Source: an uncultured cyanobacterium
Lineage (GTDB): Bacteria; Cyanobacteriota; Cyanobacteriia; CAKZMO01
Length of the DNA: 64,000 bases
Reading direction: 5' to 3'
Assembly (NCBI GenBank): GCA_963719515.1
Contig: CAVRCJ010000011.1
Coordinates: 320,001 to 384,000 of the forward strand
Shown here: piece by piece, positions 1 to 9,915 of the stretch
Numbering within the stretch: position 1 is the first letter of the stretch
Layout of the letters: each line of letters starts with the position of its first letter
Made by a program: the position numbers and the translations under genes
Notes under the pieces: generated by a model
Told to the model about the DNA's origin: nothing
The model's input: the letters and a program-made list of their open reading frames with translations, nothing else
Database searches by the model: none

Positions 1-7
1 CAGAATT

Positions 8-111
8 GGGGGATTGAGGGGGCTTTCTCCGGGGCAGGAAATAGCCGAGATGTAACAAGACATGAAATTCGCCAGCGGTATCAACGCTGGGAGAGGGGCC
101 GGGGGTGAGGG
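8..111. repeat. Fragments of G-rich cyanobacterial short dispersed repeats
   Basis: GGGGGATTGAGGGGG (8-22) is the exact reverse complement of CCCCCTCAATCCCCC at 3505-3519; GGGAGAGGGGCCGGGGGTGAGGG at 89-111. Confidence 0.6.
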
Positions 112-204
112 CTGAATTGTGCTGAACACATCTCTAAACCATGCCCTCAACCACCCCCACCCCATATCCAAAACTCGCGTAGCCGCCGCAGCCTCGTTTC
201 CACC

Positions 205-212
205 GCGATCGC
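205..212. repeat. HIP1 octamer GCGATCGC (first of many copies across the window)
   Basis: GCGATCGC at 205-212, 610-617 and many later sites in genes and intergenic DNA; a cyanobacterial hallmark. Confidence 0.95.
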
Positions 213-257
213 ACCCGAAAGGCCGCCTACAATAGCCCTGTAACCTCGCAAAGTGCT

Positions 258-1571
258 ATGCCTACGCCCCCCGGAACCATGGGCCTGCCCGTCATCGGCG
301 AAACCCTAAACTTCTTCCAAGACCCCAACTTCGCCAGCAAGCGCCACCGCCAGTACGGCGACCTCTTCAAAACCCGCCTGCTGGGCAAGCCCACCATCTT
401 CCTGCGGGGGCCAGACGCCCTCAACTTTGTGCTCACCAACGAGAACAAATACTTCGTCGTCAGCTGGCCCCCCAGCGTCAAGGCCCTGCTGGGTCCCCTC
501 TCCCTAGCGCTGCAGAGCGGCCATATCCACACCCAGCGCCGCAAGCTGCTGGTGCAGGCCTTCCAGCCCCGCGCCCTGACCAGCTACATCCCCACCATGG
601 AAGCCATTAGCGATCGCTATCTTCAGCGCTGGCTGCAGCAAGGGCAGATTACCTGGTATCCCGAGCTGCGGGACTACACCCTGGACATCGCCTGCAAACT
701 GTTTGTGGGCTTGAACCAGGGGTCGAAAAGCAAGCTGGGCCATCTGTTTGAGACCTGGTGCAGCGGTCTATTTAGCCTGCCGCTGAAGCTGCCCTGGACG
801 GCGTTTGGCAAAGCTTGGACCGCCCGCGAGCAGCTTTTAGACGAAATTGAGCGGCTGATTCGAGAGCGTCAGGGGCAGCTTGATCGAGGGGAAGAGACCC
901 CAGAAGACGCCTTAAGCCTGATGCTCTTGGCCACTGATGAAGAGGGGGAGCGCCTCACCGTGGCGGAACTCAAAGATCAGGTGCTGCTGCTCCTGTTTGC
1001 CGGTCACGAGACCCTCACCTCAGCGGTGACCAACTTGTGTCTGCTGCTGGCCCAGCACCCGGAGGTGATGTATAAGGCGCGGGCGGAGCAGGCGGCCCTG
1101 AGATCCGATCCTCTGACCCTAGACCTGCTGAAGCAGATGCCCTACCTAGACCAGGTGACCAAAGAGGTACTGCGCTTCCTGCCACCCGTCGGGGGCGGCT
1201 TTCGGGACGTCCTCGAAGACTGCCGCTACGGCGGGTACGACATTCCTAAGGGCTGGGCCGTGCTCTACGGCATCAACACCACCCACGCCGACGAAGCCAT
1301 CTACCGCGACGCCAAGCGCTTTGACCCCGACCGCTTCAGTCCGGAGCGTGCTGAGGATAAGGGGAAGCCCTTCAGCCATGTACCCTACGGCGGCGGACTT
1401 CGGGAGTGCTTGGGGAAGGCCTTTGCGCAGCTAGAGCTGAAGCTGTTTGCCGTGGCGCTGCTGCGGAGCTATGACTGGGCGCTGCTGTCGGACCAAAACC
1501 TAGCGATGACCACAGCGCCCACGCCCCACCCCAAAGATGGGTTAAAGGTCACCTTTAGAGCGCATCAATAG
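258..1571 (+). CDS. Cytochrome P450, CYP120-like
   Basis: N-terminal PPGxxGLPxIGET, I-helix AGHETL, ExxR (EVLR), heme motif PYGGGLRECLG. Confidence 0.93.
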   Translation: MPTPPGTMGLPVIGETLNFFQDPNFASKRHRQYGDLFKTRLLGKPTIFLRGPDALNFVLTNENKYFVVSWPPSVKALLGPLSLALQSGHIHTQRRKLLVQAFQPRALTSYIPTMEAISDRYLQRWLQQGQITWYPELRDYTLDIACKLFVGLNQGSKSKLGHLFETWCSGLFSLPLKLPWTAFGKAWTAREQLLDEIERLIRERQGQLDRGEETPEDALSLMLLATDEEGERLTVAELKDQVLLLLFAGHETLTSAVTNLCLLLAQHPEVMYKARAEQAALRSDPLTLDLLKQMPYLDQVTKEVLRFLPPVGGGFRDVLEDCRYGGYDIPKGWAVLYGINTTHADEAIYRDAKRFDPDRFSPERAEDKGKPFSHVPYGGGLRECLGKAFAQLELKLFAVALLRSYDWALLSDQNLAMTTAPTPHPKDGLKVTFRAHQ

Positions 1572-1660
1572 ACACAGGCAGATAGAGGCGATCGCCCAAT
1601 TGACCGTACGGAGTGGCAAACGGGCACCCTGAGGAAGCACAGCCTCAACGCCCCATTCCC

Positions 1661-2173
1661 ATGCAGCATCAAGCGCGCGGCTTCTCCCTCATCGAACTCG
1701 TAATCACAGCCGCGATCGCCACCACTCTGGCCCTCATCGCCGCCCCCAGCTGGGTCGCCTTTATGCAGCGGCAGCAGCTCACCCAGGCCCAAGACCACCT
1801 CTACCGCGTTATCCAGCAAACCCAAAAAACCGCCATCAATCAGCGATCGCCCTGGCAGGTGAGCGTTCGGGCGGGGGAGACCACCGTCGAATGGGCCAGC
1901 CATTCCGACCAGCTTCTGCCCCAGCAGGCCAGCTGGCAACCGCTCGATCCCGCACAGGCTCGCCTCACCCTCGACCTCGAGGCCACCACTTTTCGCCAAG
2001 CGTCCGGAGTCTATCAGCTGCAGTTCGACCACCAGGGAAACGTCAGCGATCGCTTGGGCCGCCTCACCCTCAAAGGCCCTCAGCCCCGGCTGCGCCGCTG
2101 CGTGGTGGTTTCGACCCTGTTAGGAGCACTGCGCAAAGGTCGGGAGCGGTTTCCCGACGCGGGGTGCGGCTAG
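1661..2173 (+). CDS. Type IV minor pilin / GspH-FimT-like prepilin
   Basis: Prepilin motif RG|FSLIELVI followed by a hydrophobic helix; C-terminal RRCVVVSTLLGALR; start moved to ATG 1661. Confidence 0.85.
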   Translation: MQHQARGFSLIELVITAAIATTLALIAAPSWVAFMQRQQLTQAQDHLYRVIQQTQKTAINQRSPWQVSVRAGETTVEWASHSDQLLPQQASWQPLDPAQARLTLDLEATTFRQASGVYQLQFDHQGNVSDRLGRLTLKGPQPRLRRCVVVSTLLGALRKGRERFPDAGCG

Positions 2174-2286
2174 CGCTGGCACCAACGAGGGACATACCGC
2201 CTCTGATTGGCGGCAATATGGCGATGGCAATATGTCACAATGAAAGTCATCCAACGCCCCTACTATCTTTAATTTCGGTTGAACTT

Positions 2287-3396
2287 GTGACTACTGCTTT
2301 GAAATCCGTAATGCGTCGCGCCGTCTTTCCTTTCACCGCCATTGTGGGTCAGGACGAAATGAAGCTCGCCCTGATGCTTAACGTCATCGACCCCAAGATT
2401 GGCGGCGTGATGATTATGGGCGATCGCGGCACCGGCAAATCTACTACCATCCGGGCGCTGGCAGACATTTTGCCCGAGATTGAGGTGGCGGCGGACGACC
2501 CGTTTAATAGCCACCCCAGCGACCCTGAGCTAATGAGCGACTGGGTACGGGACGAAGTTTCTCAGGGCAATCAGGTTTCAACCACCGACAAAAAGGTGCC
2601 CATGGTCGACCTGCCTTTAGGGGCGACGGAAGACCGGGTTTGCGGCACCATCGACATTGAAAAAGCCCTCACAGAAGGCGTGCGCGCCTTTGAGCCGGGG
2701 CTGCTGGCCCAGGCCAATCGCGGCATTCTCTACGTAGACGAGGTCAACCTCTTAGATGACCACCTGGTGGACGTGCTGCTGGATTCGGCGGCCTCAGGCT
2801 GGAACACGGTGGAGCGCGAGGGCATTTCCATCCGTCACCCGGCTCGGTTTGTGCTGGTGGGCTCGGGCAACCCAGAGGAAGGAGAGCTGCGGCCTCAGCT
2901 GCTAGACCGCTTTGGCATGCACGCCGAAATCCGCACGGTAAAAGACCCCACCCTGCGGGTGAAAGTTGTCGAGGAGCGCACGGCGTTTGACCAAGACCCT
3001 CAAAGCTATCTAGACGCCCATCAAACCGGGCAGGCCGCCGTTCAGGAGAAAATCGTAGGCGCGCAGGAGCGGCTGAAAAGCGTCACCATCGACCGCGAGA
3101 TGAGAGTTCAGATTTCCCAGGTGTGCTCTGAGCTAGATGTGGACGGGCTGCGGGGAGATATCGTCACCAACCGGGCGGCTAAGGCGATCGCTGCCCTAGA
3201 AGGCCGCACGGAGGTTACCCCCAACGACGTACAGCGGGTAATTGTGCTCTGTCTTCGCCACCGCTTGCGCAAAGATCCCCTAGAGTCGATGGATTCGGGC
3301 TACAAGGTGGGTCAGGTGTTCAGCAACGTCTTCGGCATTCCCGCTCCGGGCGAGGCGGCTGAGTCCAACGGCGCATATTCGGCGGCATCGGCGTAA
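2287..3396 (+). CDS. chlI: Magnesium chelatase ATPase subunit I
   Basis: VFPFTAIVGQDEMK, Walker A GDRGTGKST, ILYVDEVNLLDDHLVD, GNPEEGELRPQLLDRFG; start GTG 2287 (or ATG 2311). Confidence 0.97.
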   Translation: MTTALKSVMRRAVFPFTAIVGQDEMKLALMLNVIDPKIGGVMIMGDRGTGKSTTIRALADILPEIEVAADDPFNSHPSDPELMSDWVRDEVSQGNQVSTTDKKVPMVDLPLGATEDRVCGTIDIEKALTEGVRAFEPGLLAQANRGILYVDEVNLLDDHLVDVLLDSAASGWNTVEREGISIRHPARFVLVGSGNPEEGELRPQLLDRFGMHAEIRTVKDPTLRVKVVEERTAFDQDPQSYLDAHQTGQAAVQEKIVGAQERLKSVTIDREMRVQISQVCSELDVDGLRGDIVTNRAAKAIAALEGRTEVTPNDVQRVIVLCLRHRLRKDPLESMDSGYKVGQVFSNVFGIPAPGEAAESNGAYSAASA

Positions 3397-3438
3397 ACGG
3401 CATCGGCGTAACCCATTTGCAAACCCAGCTCCATCACC

Positions 3439-3623
3439 TCGTAGGGGGCACAGCATGTAAGTGCATAGCGGCTTTGCAGAAGCAGCGAGACGCCTCGGTC
3501 TTACCCCCCTCAATCCCCCCTTGGTAAGGGGGGAAGGTGCAGTTCTCCCCCTTGGTAAGGGGGAGTTAGAGGGGGTCTTCCGGGACGCTAAACAGATACC
3601 ACAGCATGCTGTGCCCCCTACGA
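3439..3623. repeat. REP-like GTAG...CTAC palindrome interrupted by a G/C-rich dispersed-repeat insert
   Basis: 19-bp perfect inverted arms at 3439-3457 and 3605-3623; CACAGCATG duplicated at 3449-3457 and 3600-3608; CCCCCTTGGTAAGGGGG twice inside (3516-3532, 3547-3563). Confidence 0.85.
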
Positions 3624-3664
3624 ACACGTCCCACACAACACCCCCCAAGAGAAACGGAAAAGCC

Positions 3665-4138
3665 ATGCGGCGTATTTTGGGTCTCGACCCAGGACTAGCA
3701 ATCTTAGGCTTTGGCATCATCGAAGGACAGCCCGCCGACGATCGCATTCAGCCGCTGGATTTTGGCATTATCCAGACTCCGGCCCATACGCCGGTCGGCG
3801 ATCGCCTCTGCACGATCTATAGCGACCTGCAGGACCTGATTCAGGGCTGTCGGCCCGACCTAGTGGCCATCGAAAAGCTGTTCTTTTACCGCATGGGCAA
3901 TACGATTCAGGTGGCTCAGGCTCGCGGGGTGGTCATGCTGGTGCTGGCCCAAAATAAGCTACCCTACGTCGAGTTTACGCCTGCTCAGGTCAAGCAGGCA
4001 CTGACGGGCTACGGGAACGCCGACAAAGCCTCGGTGCAAGAGGCAGTGGCCCGGGAGCTCAACCTGGCGCAGGTGCCCCGACCCGACGATGCCGCAGACG
4101 GGCTGGCGATCGCCCTAGCGGCCTGGTTTGGGCGCTAG
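3665..4138 (+). CDS. ruvC: Holliday junction resolvase RuvC
   Basis: [48 protein letters not shown]. Confidence 0.96.
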   Translation: MRRILGLDPGLAILGFGIIEGQPADDRIQPLDFGIIQTPAHTPVGDRLCTIYSDLQDLIQGCRPDLVAIEKLFFYRMGNTIQVAQARGVVMLVLAQNKLPYVEFTPAQVKQALTGYGNADKASVQEAVARELNLAQVPRPDDAADGLAIALAAWFGR

Positions 4139-4163
4139 GGCGATCTCTGAACTCTGGCAGAAG

Positions 4164-4451
4164 TTAAGCGAGCCGCTTCACATAAGGTTCCGCCAGTACA
4201 GAAGCGCTGGGCTCAGTTTGAGCATTAGATTGAGGCGGCAAGACCCAAGACGGATCAACCGAAATTGGGTTGATATCCATCACCAAATCCCAATCCTTCC
4301 ATTTTGACAAAGCGGGAATCGCTAAAGAACAGGCCTTCCAACCGCTCTGCACGGGAATATCTAACCGCTGACATTCCCCTCCACGCCGACCCATCGGACT
4401 ATAGTTGCGACAGCTGCGGCAAAGGGAGACGGAGGGGGGTACGTTCTTCAT
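4164..4451 (-). CDS. Small Cys-rich hypothetical protein
   Basis: CRSCRNYSPMGRRGGECQRL...WKAC resembles a conserved cyanobacterial hypothetical family; fills the gap after ruvC. Confidence 0.7.
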   Translation of the reverse strand: MKNVPPSVSLCRSCRNYSPMGRRGGECQRLDIPVQSGWKACSLAIPALSKWKDWDLVMDINPISVDPSWVLPPQSNAQTEPSASVLAEPYVKRLA

Positions 4452-4934
4452 GTGACGGGGATCAGTTCAACAATATAATAGTTTTAGCCTGCAAATTTAG
4501 ATTCAAACAGCGGCTTTTAGCGTCTTCTAATTCTCACCAGACAAGGCTTTGAGCCGATCCCAAATAAAACGTTAAATTTATATTCTCTTTATTTTTGTGT
4601 TAAGAAAACCCCGATTTTTTAGAACTATAGCTTGAATATTATGCTCTGCTCCTATCAGACTTAAGCCCAGCCACAAATTAATTTATATGAAAAAGGCTGA
4701 ATTACACAATTCAATTTAATTGCGAATTCAGTCGCTATTGAACTATTGTGTATCTTTTTACAATAAAGTTCCGGGTTGACTACAGTTATTTCAGACTTAT
4801 TAACTCAAATCAAAAGCCTTTTTCCAATCTATCTATAGGGTGTTGACTCTGCTTCAAAAGCGCGGGTGATTCTAGGTTGGTCCTTTAGTACGAATCGCCT
4901 CGTAAAATAGGGCCATACCCGCAGTACAGGACCT

Positions 4935-5579
4935 ATGACCGACGCCACTACCCACAACCTCGCCATTCCCCTAGATCAAATTCGGTTTGACGATCGCGGC
5001 CTTGTTCCGGCGATCGCTCAAGACTACCTCGACGGCAGCGTCTTGATGCTGGCCTGGATGAATCGAGAGGCCCTACAGCGCAGCTTGGAGACCGGAGACG
5101 CCTGGTATTGGAGCCGCTCCCGTAAGCAGCTGTGGCACAAGGGCGCAACGTCGGGGCACTTCCAGCGCATCAAGACCCTGCGCTACGACTGCGACAGCGA
5201 CGCCGTTTTGCTGTCGGTGGAGCAGGTGGGCGATATTGCCTGTCACACCGGACAGCGAAGCTGCTTCCATCAGGTGGACGAGGCGATCGCCCCGCCGCCT
5301 GCCGATACCCTCTCCCAAGTGTTTGAGGTAATTTGCGATCGCCGCGACCATCCCGACCCCAAGTCCTATACCTGCAAGCTGATGGCCGGTGGAGACAATT
5401 CTATTCTCAAAAAGATTGGAGAAGAGGCGGTTGAGGTGGTGATGGCCTGCAAAGACGACAACCCCGACGATATCGCCGGGGAAGTGGCAGACCTGCTTTA
5501 CCACGCCCTCGTGGCCTTATCCCACCATCAGGTAGACCTACAGGCGGTCTACCGTAAGCTTCAGGAGCGCCGTCGCTAA
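4935..5579 (+). CDS. hisIE: Bifunctional phosphoribosyl-AMP cyclohydrolase / phosphoribosyl-ATP pyrophosphatase
   Basis: [46 protein letters not shown]. Confidence 0.96.
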   Translation: MTDATTHNLAIPLDQIRFDDRGLVPAIAQDYLDGSVLMLAWMNREALQRSLETGDAWYWSRSRKQLWHKGATSGHFQRIKTLRYDCDSDAVLLSVEQVGDIACHTGQRSCFHQVDEAIAPPPADTLSQVFEVICDRRDHPDPKSYTCKLMAGGDNSILKKIGEEAVEVVMACKDDNPDDIAGEVADLLYHALVALSHHQVDLQAVYRKLQERRR

Positions 5580-5623
5580 ATTTCGGCCTAGAATTTCAGT
5601 CTGCGCAGAGGCAGCCGGTAGAC

Positions 5624-6595
5624 CTAATAGGCCCGGCTGAGCACGTAGTCCGTCAGCTTGACCAGGGTCTGCTGGCAGTCGGACGCAGGCAGGTCCGCCA
5701 GATGCTCTACCGCCTGCTTAGCGTGGCTCATGGCCAGCGCCTTGGCCCGCTCGATGCCCTGGCTGTCGTCCACAATGGCGATCGCTTTTTCTAGGTCCCC
5801 CTCTTCCGCTAGCTCGCGGTCCATCAGGGTAGCCAGGTAAGGATTTTCCTCTAGCGCATAGAGCGCAGGTGCCGTTAGGTTACCGCTCTTGAGGTCTGAG
5901 CAGGCAGGTTTTCCTAGAGCATCTGCAGAGGCCGTGAAGTCTAGGATGTCGTCTACAATTTGAAACGCCAAACCCAAGTGCCGCCCGTAGTCGTACAGGT
6001 TTTCCTCAAGGGCAGGGGAGACATGGCTCAGAACCCCGGCAGCCCTAGCGCTATTGGCAATCAGCGAGGCGGTCTTGTAGTAGCTCTTTTGCAAATACTG
6101 ATCGATGGACAGGGTGGTGTCAAAGCGGTTAAGCCCCTGCTGAATCTCGCCTTCAGCCAGATCCATAATTACTTGGGACAGCAGCTTAACGACGGTGAGG
6201 TTGTCGAGGTTGGCCAAATACCAGGAGGACTGGGCAAACAGGAAGTCTCCTGCAAGCACCGCGATGCGGTTACCAAAGCTGCTGTGTACCGTGGGTACGC
6301 CTCGCCGCGTTGAGGCTTCATCGACAACGTCGTCATGCACTAGGCTGGCGGTGTGGATCATCTCAGTGATCTCAGCCAAACGGCGATGCTTCGGCGTAAT
6401 CTCACCAGACGTCATCGCTGCCCGAGATATGAGCAAGACAATGGCCGGCCTTAGACGCTTTCCCCCAGCACCAAACAAATGCTCGGCAGCAGCGTAAAGA
6501 ATAGGGTGACGAGCGCCTACAAGCTGCTTCAGCGTTTTGGTCAGTAGATGCAGGTCGGCTTCAACGGGAGAAAAAATGGATGTCGCTGAGGTCAT
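5624..6595 (-). CDS. sds: Solanesyl diphosphate synthase (trans-prenyltransferase)
   Basis: GGKRLRP, HTASLVHDDVVD (FARM), FQIVDDILD (SARM), YYKTASL. Confidence 0.92.
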   Translation of the reverse strand: MTSATSIFSPVEADLHLLTKTLKQLVGARHPILYAAAEHLFGAGGKRLRPAIVLLISRAAMTSGEITPKHRRLAEITEMIHTASLVHDDVVDEASTRRGVPTVHSSFGNRIAVLAGDFLFAQSSWYLANLDNLTVVKLLSQVIMDLAEGEIQQGLNRFDTTLSIDQYLQKSYYKTASLIANSARAAGVLSHVSPALEENLYDYGRHLGLAFQIVDDILDFTASADALGKPACSDLKSGNLTAPALYALEENPYLATLMDRELAEEGDLEKAIAIVDDSQGIERAKALAMSHAKQAVEHLADLPASDCQQTLVKLTDYVLSRAY

Positions 6596-7537
6596 GATTG
6601 AGCGGACTCAGACGCTGAGTAACGTTTTTTTACATATCTTGATTTTATTCTAAGCTACCTCCTCCCTATCTGCAGAACTGAATTCCAGATTGGTGATTCG
6701 GAGCCTAAGCCGCCGTCGGCTTAGCGAAGAAAACTTTATGACAGAATTACCTATGAAAAGATTGCAAAATGGATATACCGCCTTACAAAGCAAACTCTTC
6801 TTCCTAGGGTCGCTGACCTCAAGAGCAGTTTTTTGGCGGTAACGCTACAAAGACGGAGTAATCCATGCCCAAAACTTTGGGAAAAGGGGGCGAACTCGGC
6901 GTTCGTCTTAGGAAAATTATGATATCCTCTTAATTAAGGAATTAAAAACCGCACATTGACTACAGAAACTTGTATAAACACTGAGCGAGAATGCCGCTAG
7001 GTTTCTGCAGCTGCTAAGTACTGACTAAAGCTTGCTTTAGTGCACTACTGTAAACGGACCCTCAACGATCTATTTACACGAAGCAGTGAAACCGGCAACG
7101 TCCTGGGCTAGGTGTTGGGGAATCCTATCCTATACAGAGCGCTAGCGCCGAGTATAGACAGGGTTCTCCCTAAGGTGATTCTTGATTCTGAAGCGCCTGA
7201 CAGTCTGTTATTCGGTGAGCGTTCCTAAGTCTGACTGGCTGAGCTTGCTCCATCGCCCTGTCTAGACTTTCCGCATTCGTTTGCTTTGCCAAACTCGCTT
7301 CCACACTGGGCCACTATGATTCACTGCAACACTTCTATCATCATTCCACTCCTCGCAAGCTGCTATATCCTCTCCATCTATTTACTGCTCAATATTGTGC
7401 AGCGATCGCGCCGCGCATAGCCGTGATGCGCTTTGACGCTGCTCCTAGATCAATTCTGGGAGTAGCGCCTTTAAGGCCTCTCAGCAAGCTAAGCTCGCCT
7501 GAAGGCAAAGATATAAGTTTTGCCTTCAGGCAACATT

Positions 7538-7584
7538 AAAAAAGCGCGAGTCTTAGCCCGTACCGGCTAAGACTCGCGTTTTTT
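7538..7584. terminator. Bidirectional intrinsic terminator downstream of murI
   Basis: 14-bp stem CGCGAGTCTTAGCC / GGCTAAGACTCGCG (7545-7578) flanked by A6 and T6. Confidence 0.8.
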
Positions 7585-7618
7585 GGTTCGCCTTTCATAC
7601 TGAATCGCCAGACAAGTG

Positions 7619-8425
7619 CTAGACCAGAACAGAACTCGGCACCACCCGCTCCACTCGCGGCGAGTGGCCAAGCCACTGGCTGGCAACATGGGCAAACTGA
7701 TCGGGGCGATCGCTGACGCAAAATCTTGTGCGGGCAGCAGGTCCGCTGGTGGGAGAAACCGTCGGGGAAATCATTTGCGCTGTGGCGATCGCCACCTGAG
7801 CCGCCGGGTCGATGCGCCGCACCGTGGGCGGCAGCAGATCCCTAATCACCGGGTCTAGAAGCGGGTAGTGAGTGCAGCCATACACCAGCGTGTCGATGCC
7901 TTTCTGCAGCAGGGGCGCTAAGTAAGTGCGGGCGACGGACTGAGTCTCGGCCTCGTGAATGCGGTTTTGCTCAATTAGCGGCACAAAGGCGGGGCAGCCC
8001 ACCTCCCACACCTGAGCCGCCGGATCGAGGCCGTTGATCGCCGTTTTATAGGCGTGGCTCGCCGCCGTCGCCGGGGTAGCAATTACCCCGATGCGCTGAC
8101 CACTCATGACTGCCGCCTGCGCCGCCGGCTCAATCATGCCCAAAAGCGGGACGGCGAACTCTCCTTGCACCTGATGTAGCGCCAGCGCCGAGCTGGTGTT
8201 GCAGGCCATGACCACCAGCTTCACCTGCTCCTGCTGCATCCAGGGTACAATCTCGCGCACAAACTGGATGATCTCGGCGCTTGACCGCGTGCCATAGGGA
8301 ACGCGGGCCGTATCGCCAAAATACAGGACCGACTCATAGGGCAGGAGCTGGTGAATCGCGTTGAGCACCGTTAGGCCCCCCACCCCACTATCAAAGACGC
8401 CGATTTGACCAGTAGAGGGAGGCAT
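7619..8425 (-). CDS. murI: Glutamate racemase
   Basis: IGVFDSGVGGLTV, GDTARVPYG, ACNTSS, GCTHYP. Confidence 0.97.
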   Translation of the reverse strand: MPPSTGQIGVFDSGVGGLTVLNAIHQLLPYESVLYFGDTARVPYGTRSSAEIIQFVREIVPWMQQEQVKLVVMACNTSSALALHQVQGEFAVPLLGMIEPAAQAAVMSGQRIGVIATPATAASHAYKTAINGLDPAAQVWEVGCPAFVPLIEQNRIHEAETQSVARTYLAPLLQKGIDTLVYGCTHYPLLDPVIRDLLPPTVRRIDPAAQVAIATAQMISPTVSPTSGPAARTRFCVSDRPDQFAHVASQWLGHSPRVERVVPSSVLV

Positions 8426-8427
8426 GA

Positions 8428-9915
8428 CTACTTTTCCTTAACCTCGGCCTTAAGATCAACAGCTCCCTCTATCGCACCTCCTTCAATCGCCATGGAAGCG
8501 CCCTCCACTGACTCGGGTTCATCTTGAAACACCAGTCGCAAAAAGGGCGGCGCAACAAAGGTGGTCATAATCACCATGACGATGATGGCGGCTTCAAGAG
8601 ACTCAGGCAGCACGCCGCTGGCCGCGCCCACGCCCGCAAACACCAGGCCAACCTCTCCTCGGGGAATCATGCCGACGCCGATGGCCAGCTTGTTGATGTC
8701 TCCCTGGCCAAAGATGGCGAAGCCGGTCACCACCTTACCGATGATGGCGATCGCCACCAAAAAGACCGACATAATCAGCGCGTCTCGGTTGGCGGGCACC
8801 GCCGGGTTGAGGACACTTAGATCCGTCTGCGCGCCCACGGTGACAAAGAAGATGGGCACAAAGAAGTCAGAGATGGGAATCACCTGCTCCTCTAGCTCCT
8901 TGCGCTTTTCGGTCTCCGCCAGAATGAGACCTGCAGCAAAGGCCCCCAGAATCGCCTCAAGGTTAATAGCGGCAGCGATGTAGGCCAGCACAAAGGCAAA
9001 GATCAGCGATGACAAAATCAGCTCACCGCGGGTGTTCATATTGTCGACGAGCGCCACGAAGTAGGAGCTGAGCAGCCGTCCGACTAAGATGGCCCCCACC
9101 AAGAACGTGGCCGCACCGCCAATTAGGTAGACGATGTTGAGGACGTCGATTTCCCCCGTCTTGGCGAGGCTAGCCACCACCGCTAAGACGATGATGCCCA
9201 GGATATCGTCGAGCACCGCAGCGCCGATAATAATTTGGCCTTCTTTAGACCCCAACTGCTTGAGCTCGGCCAGCACCTTGGCGGTGATGCCGATGCTGGT
9301 GGCCGTGAGGGCCGCCCCCGCGAACACGGCGGGAATTGTGGGCACGTTGAATAATCCGATGAGGCCAGCGGTCCCCAAAGCAAAGGGAACCACCACCCCA
9401 ATCACCGCGACAATCGCCGCCTGAGGCCCGACGCGAATTAGCTCTTCTAGATCAGACTCCAGGCCAATCTCGAACAGCAGCAAGATGACGCCCAGCTCCG
9501 AGAGTACCGAAATCACCTCGCTCTGGGCCGCGAATACGCTACCCGCTGACTCTGGTGAGAGCCCCGCGGTGGCCTGGAGGAAGTCTGTCACCAGGGAACC
9601 GGTTTCCGCACCGCCCCCCTCCGGAAAGACGATGAGACCCAGCACCGATACACCAACCACCACGCCGCCAATCAGCTCACCCAGCACCGGGGGAAGGTTG
9701 AGCCGCGAGCAGAGCTCGCCAAATATCTTTGCCGCCAGGTAGATGATAATCAAGCTCAGCAGCACGCCTGCCAAAACCAGGCCGCCCTCCTCAGCGCTAT
9801 TAGCGGCTTCTTCAGCGGCTGCTTCAGCCGCGGCTAAAAGGGGCTGAGCTAGAAACGGCAGGCCGTCTAAACCCGTAAAAATCTGCCCCGTCAAATCTTG
9901 TACGATGTCAATCAT
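8428..9915 (-). CDS. Na+/H+ antiporter, CPA2 family (NhaS3-like)
   Basis: Multi-TM protein; LFEIGLESD, ATSIGIT, AAVLDDILG, GMIPRGEVGL. Confidence 0.9.
   Translation of the reverse strand: MIDIVQDLTGQIFTGLDGLPFLAQPLLAAAEAAAEEAANSAEEGGLVLAGVLLSLIIIYLAAKIFGELCSRLNLPPVLGELIGGVVVGVSVLGLIVFPEGGGAETGSLVTDFLQATAGLSPESAGSVFAAQSEVISVLSELGVILLLFEIGLESDLEELIRVGPQAAIVAVIGVVVPFALGTAGLIGLFNVPTIPAVFAGAALTATSIGITAKVLAELKQLGSKEGQIIIGAAVLDDILGIIVLAVVASLAKTGEIDVLNIVYLIGGAATFLVGAILVGRLLSSYFVALVDNMNTRGELILSSLIFAFVLAYIAAAINLEAILGAFAAGLILAETEKRKELEEQVIPISDFFVPIFFVTVGAQTDLSVLNPAVPANRDALIMSVFLVAIAIIGKVVTGFAIFGQGDINKLAIGVGMIPRGEVGLVFAGVGAASGVLPESLEAAIIVMVIMTTFVAPPFLRLVFQDEPESVEGASMAIEGGAIEGAVDLKAEVKEK

Noticed and set aside
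1891..2286. N-terminal extension of chlI in the ORF track (501 aa)
   Set aside because: It overlaps the pilin gene and is low-complexity; ChlI similarity starts at about 2287
3461..3664. 68-aa extension of ruvC
   Set aside because: It is just the repeat element read in frame; RuvC begins at [10 protein letters not shown] (3665)
6619..6633. NtcA-like site upstream of sds (similar one at 39749-39763)
   Set aside because: Spacing is GTA-N9-TAC, not the canonical N8
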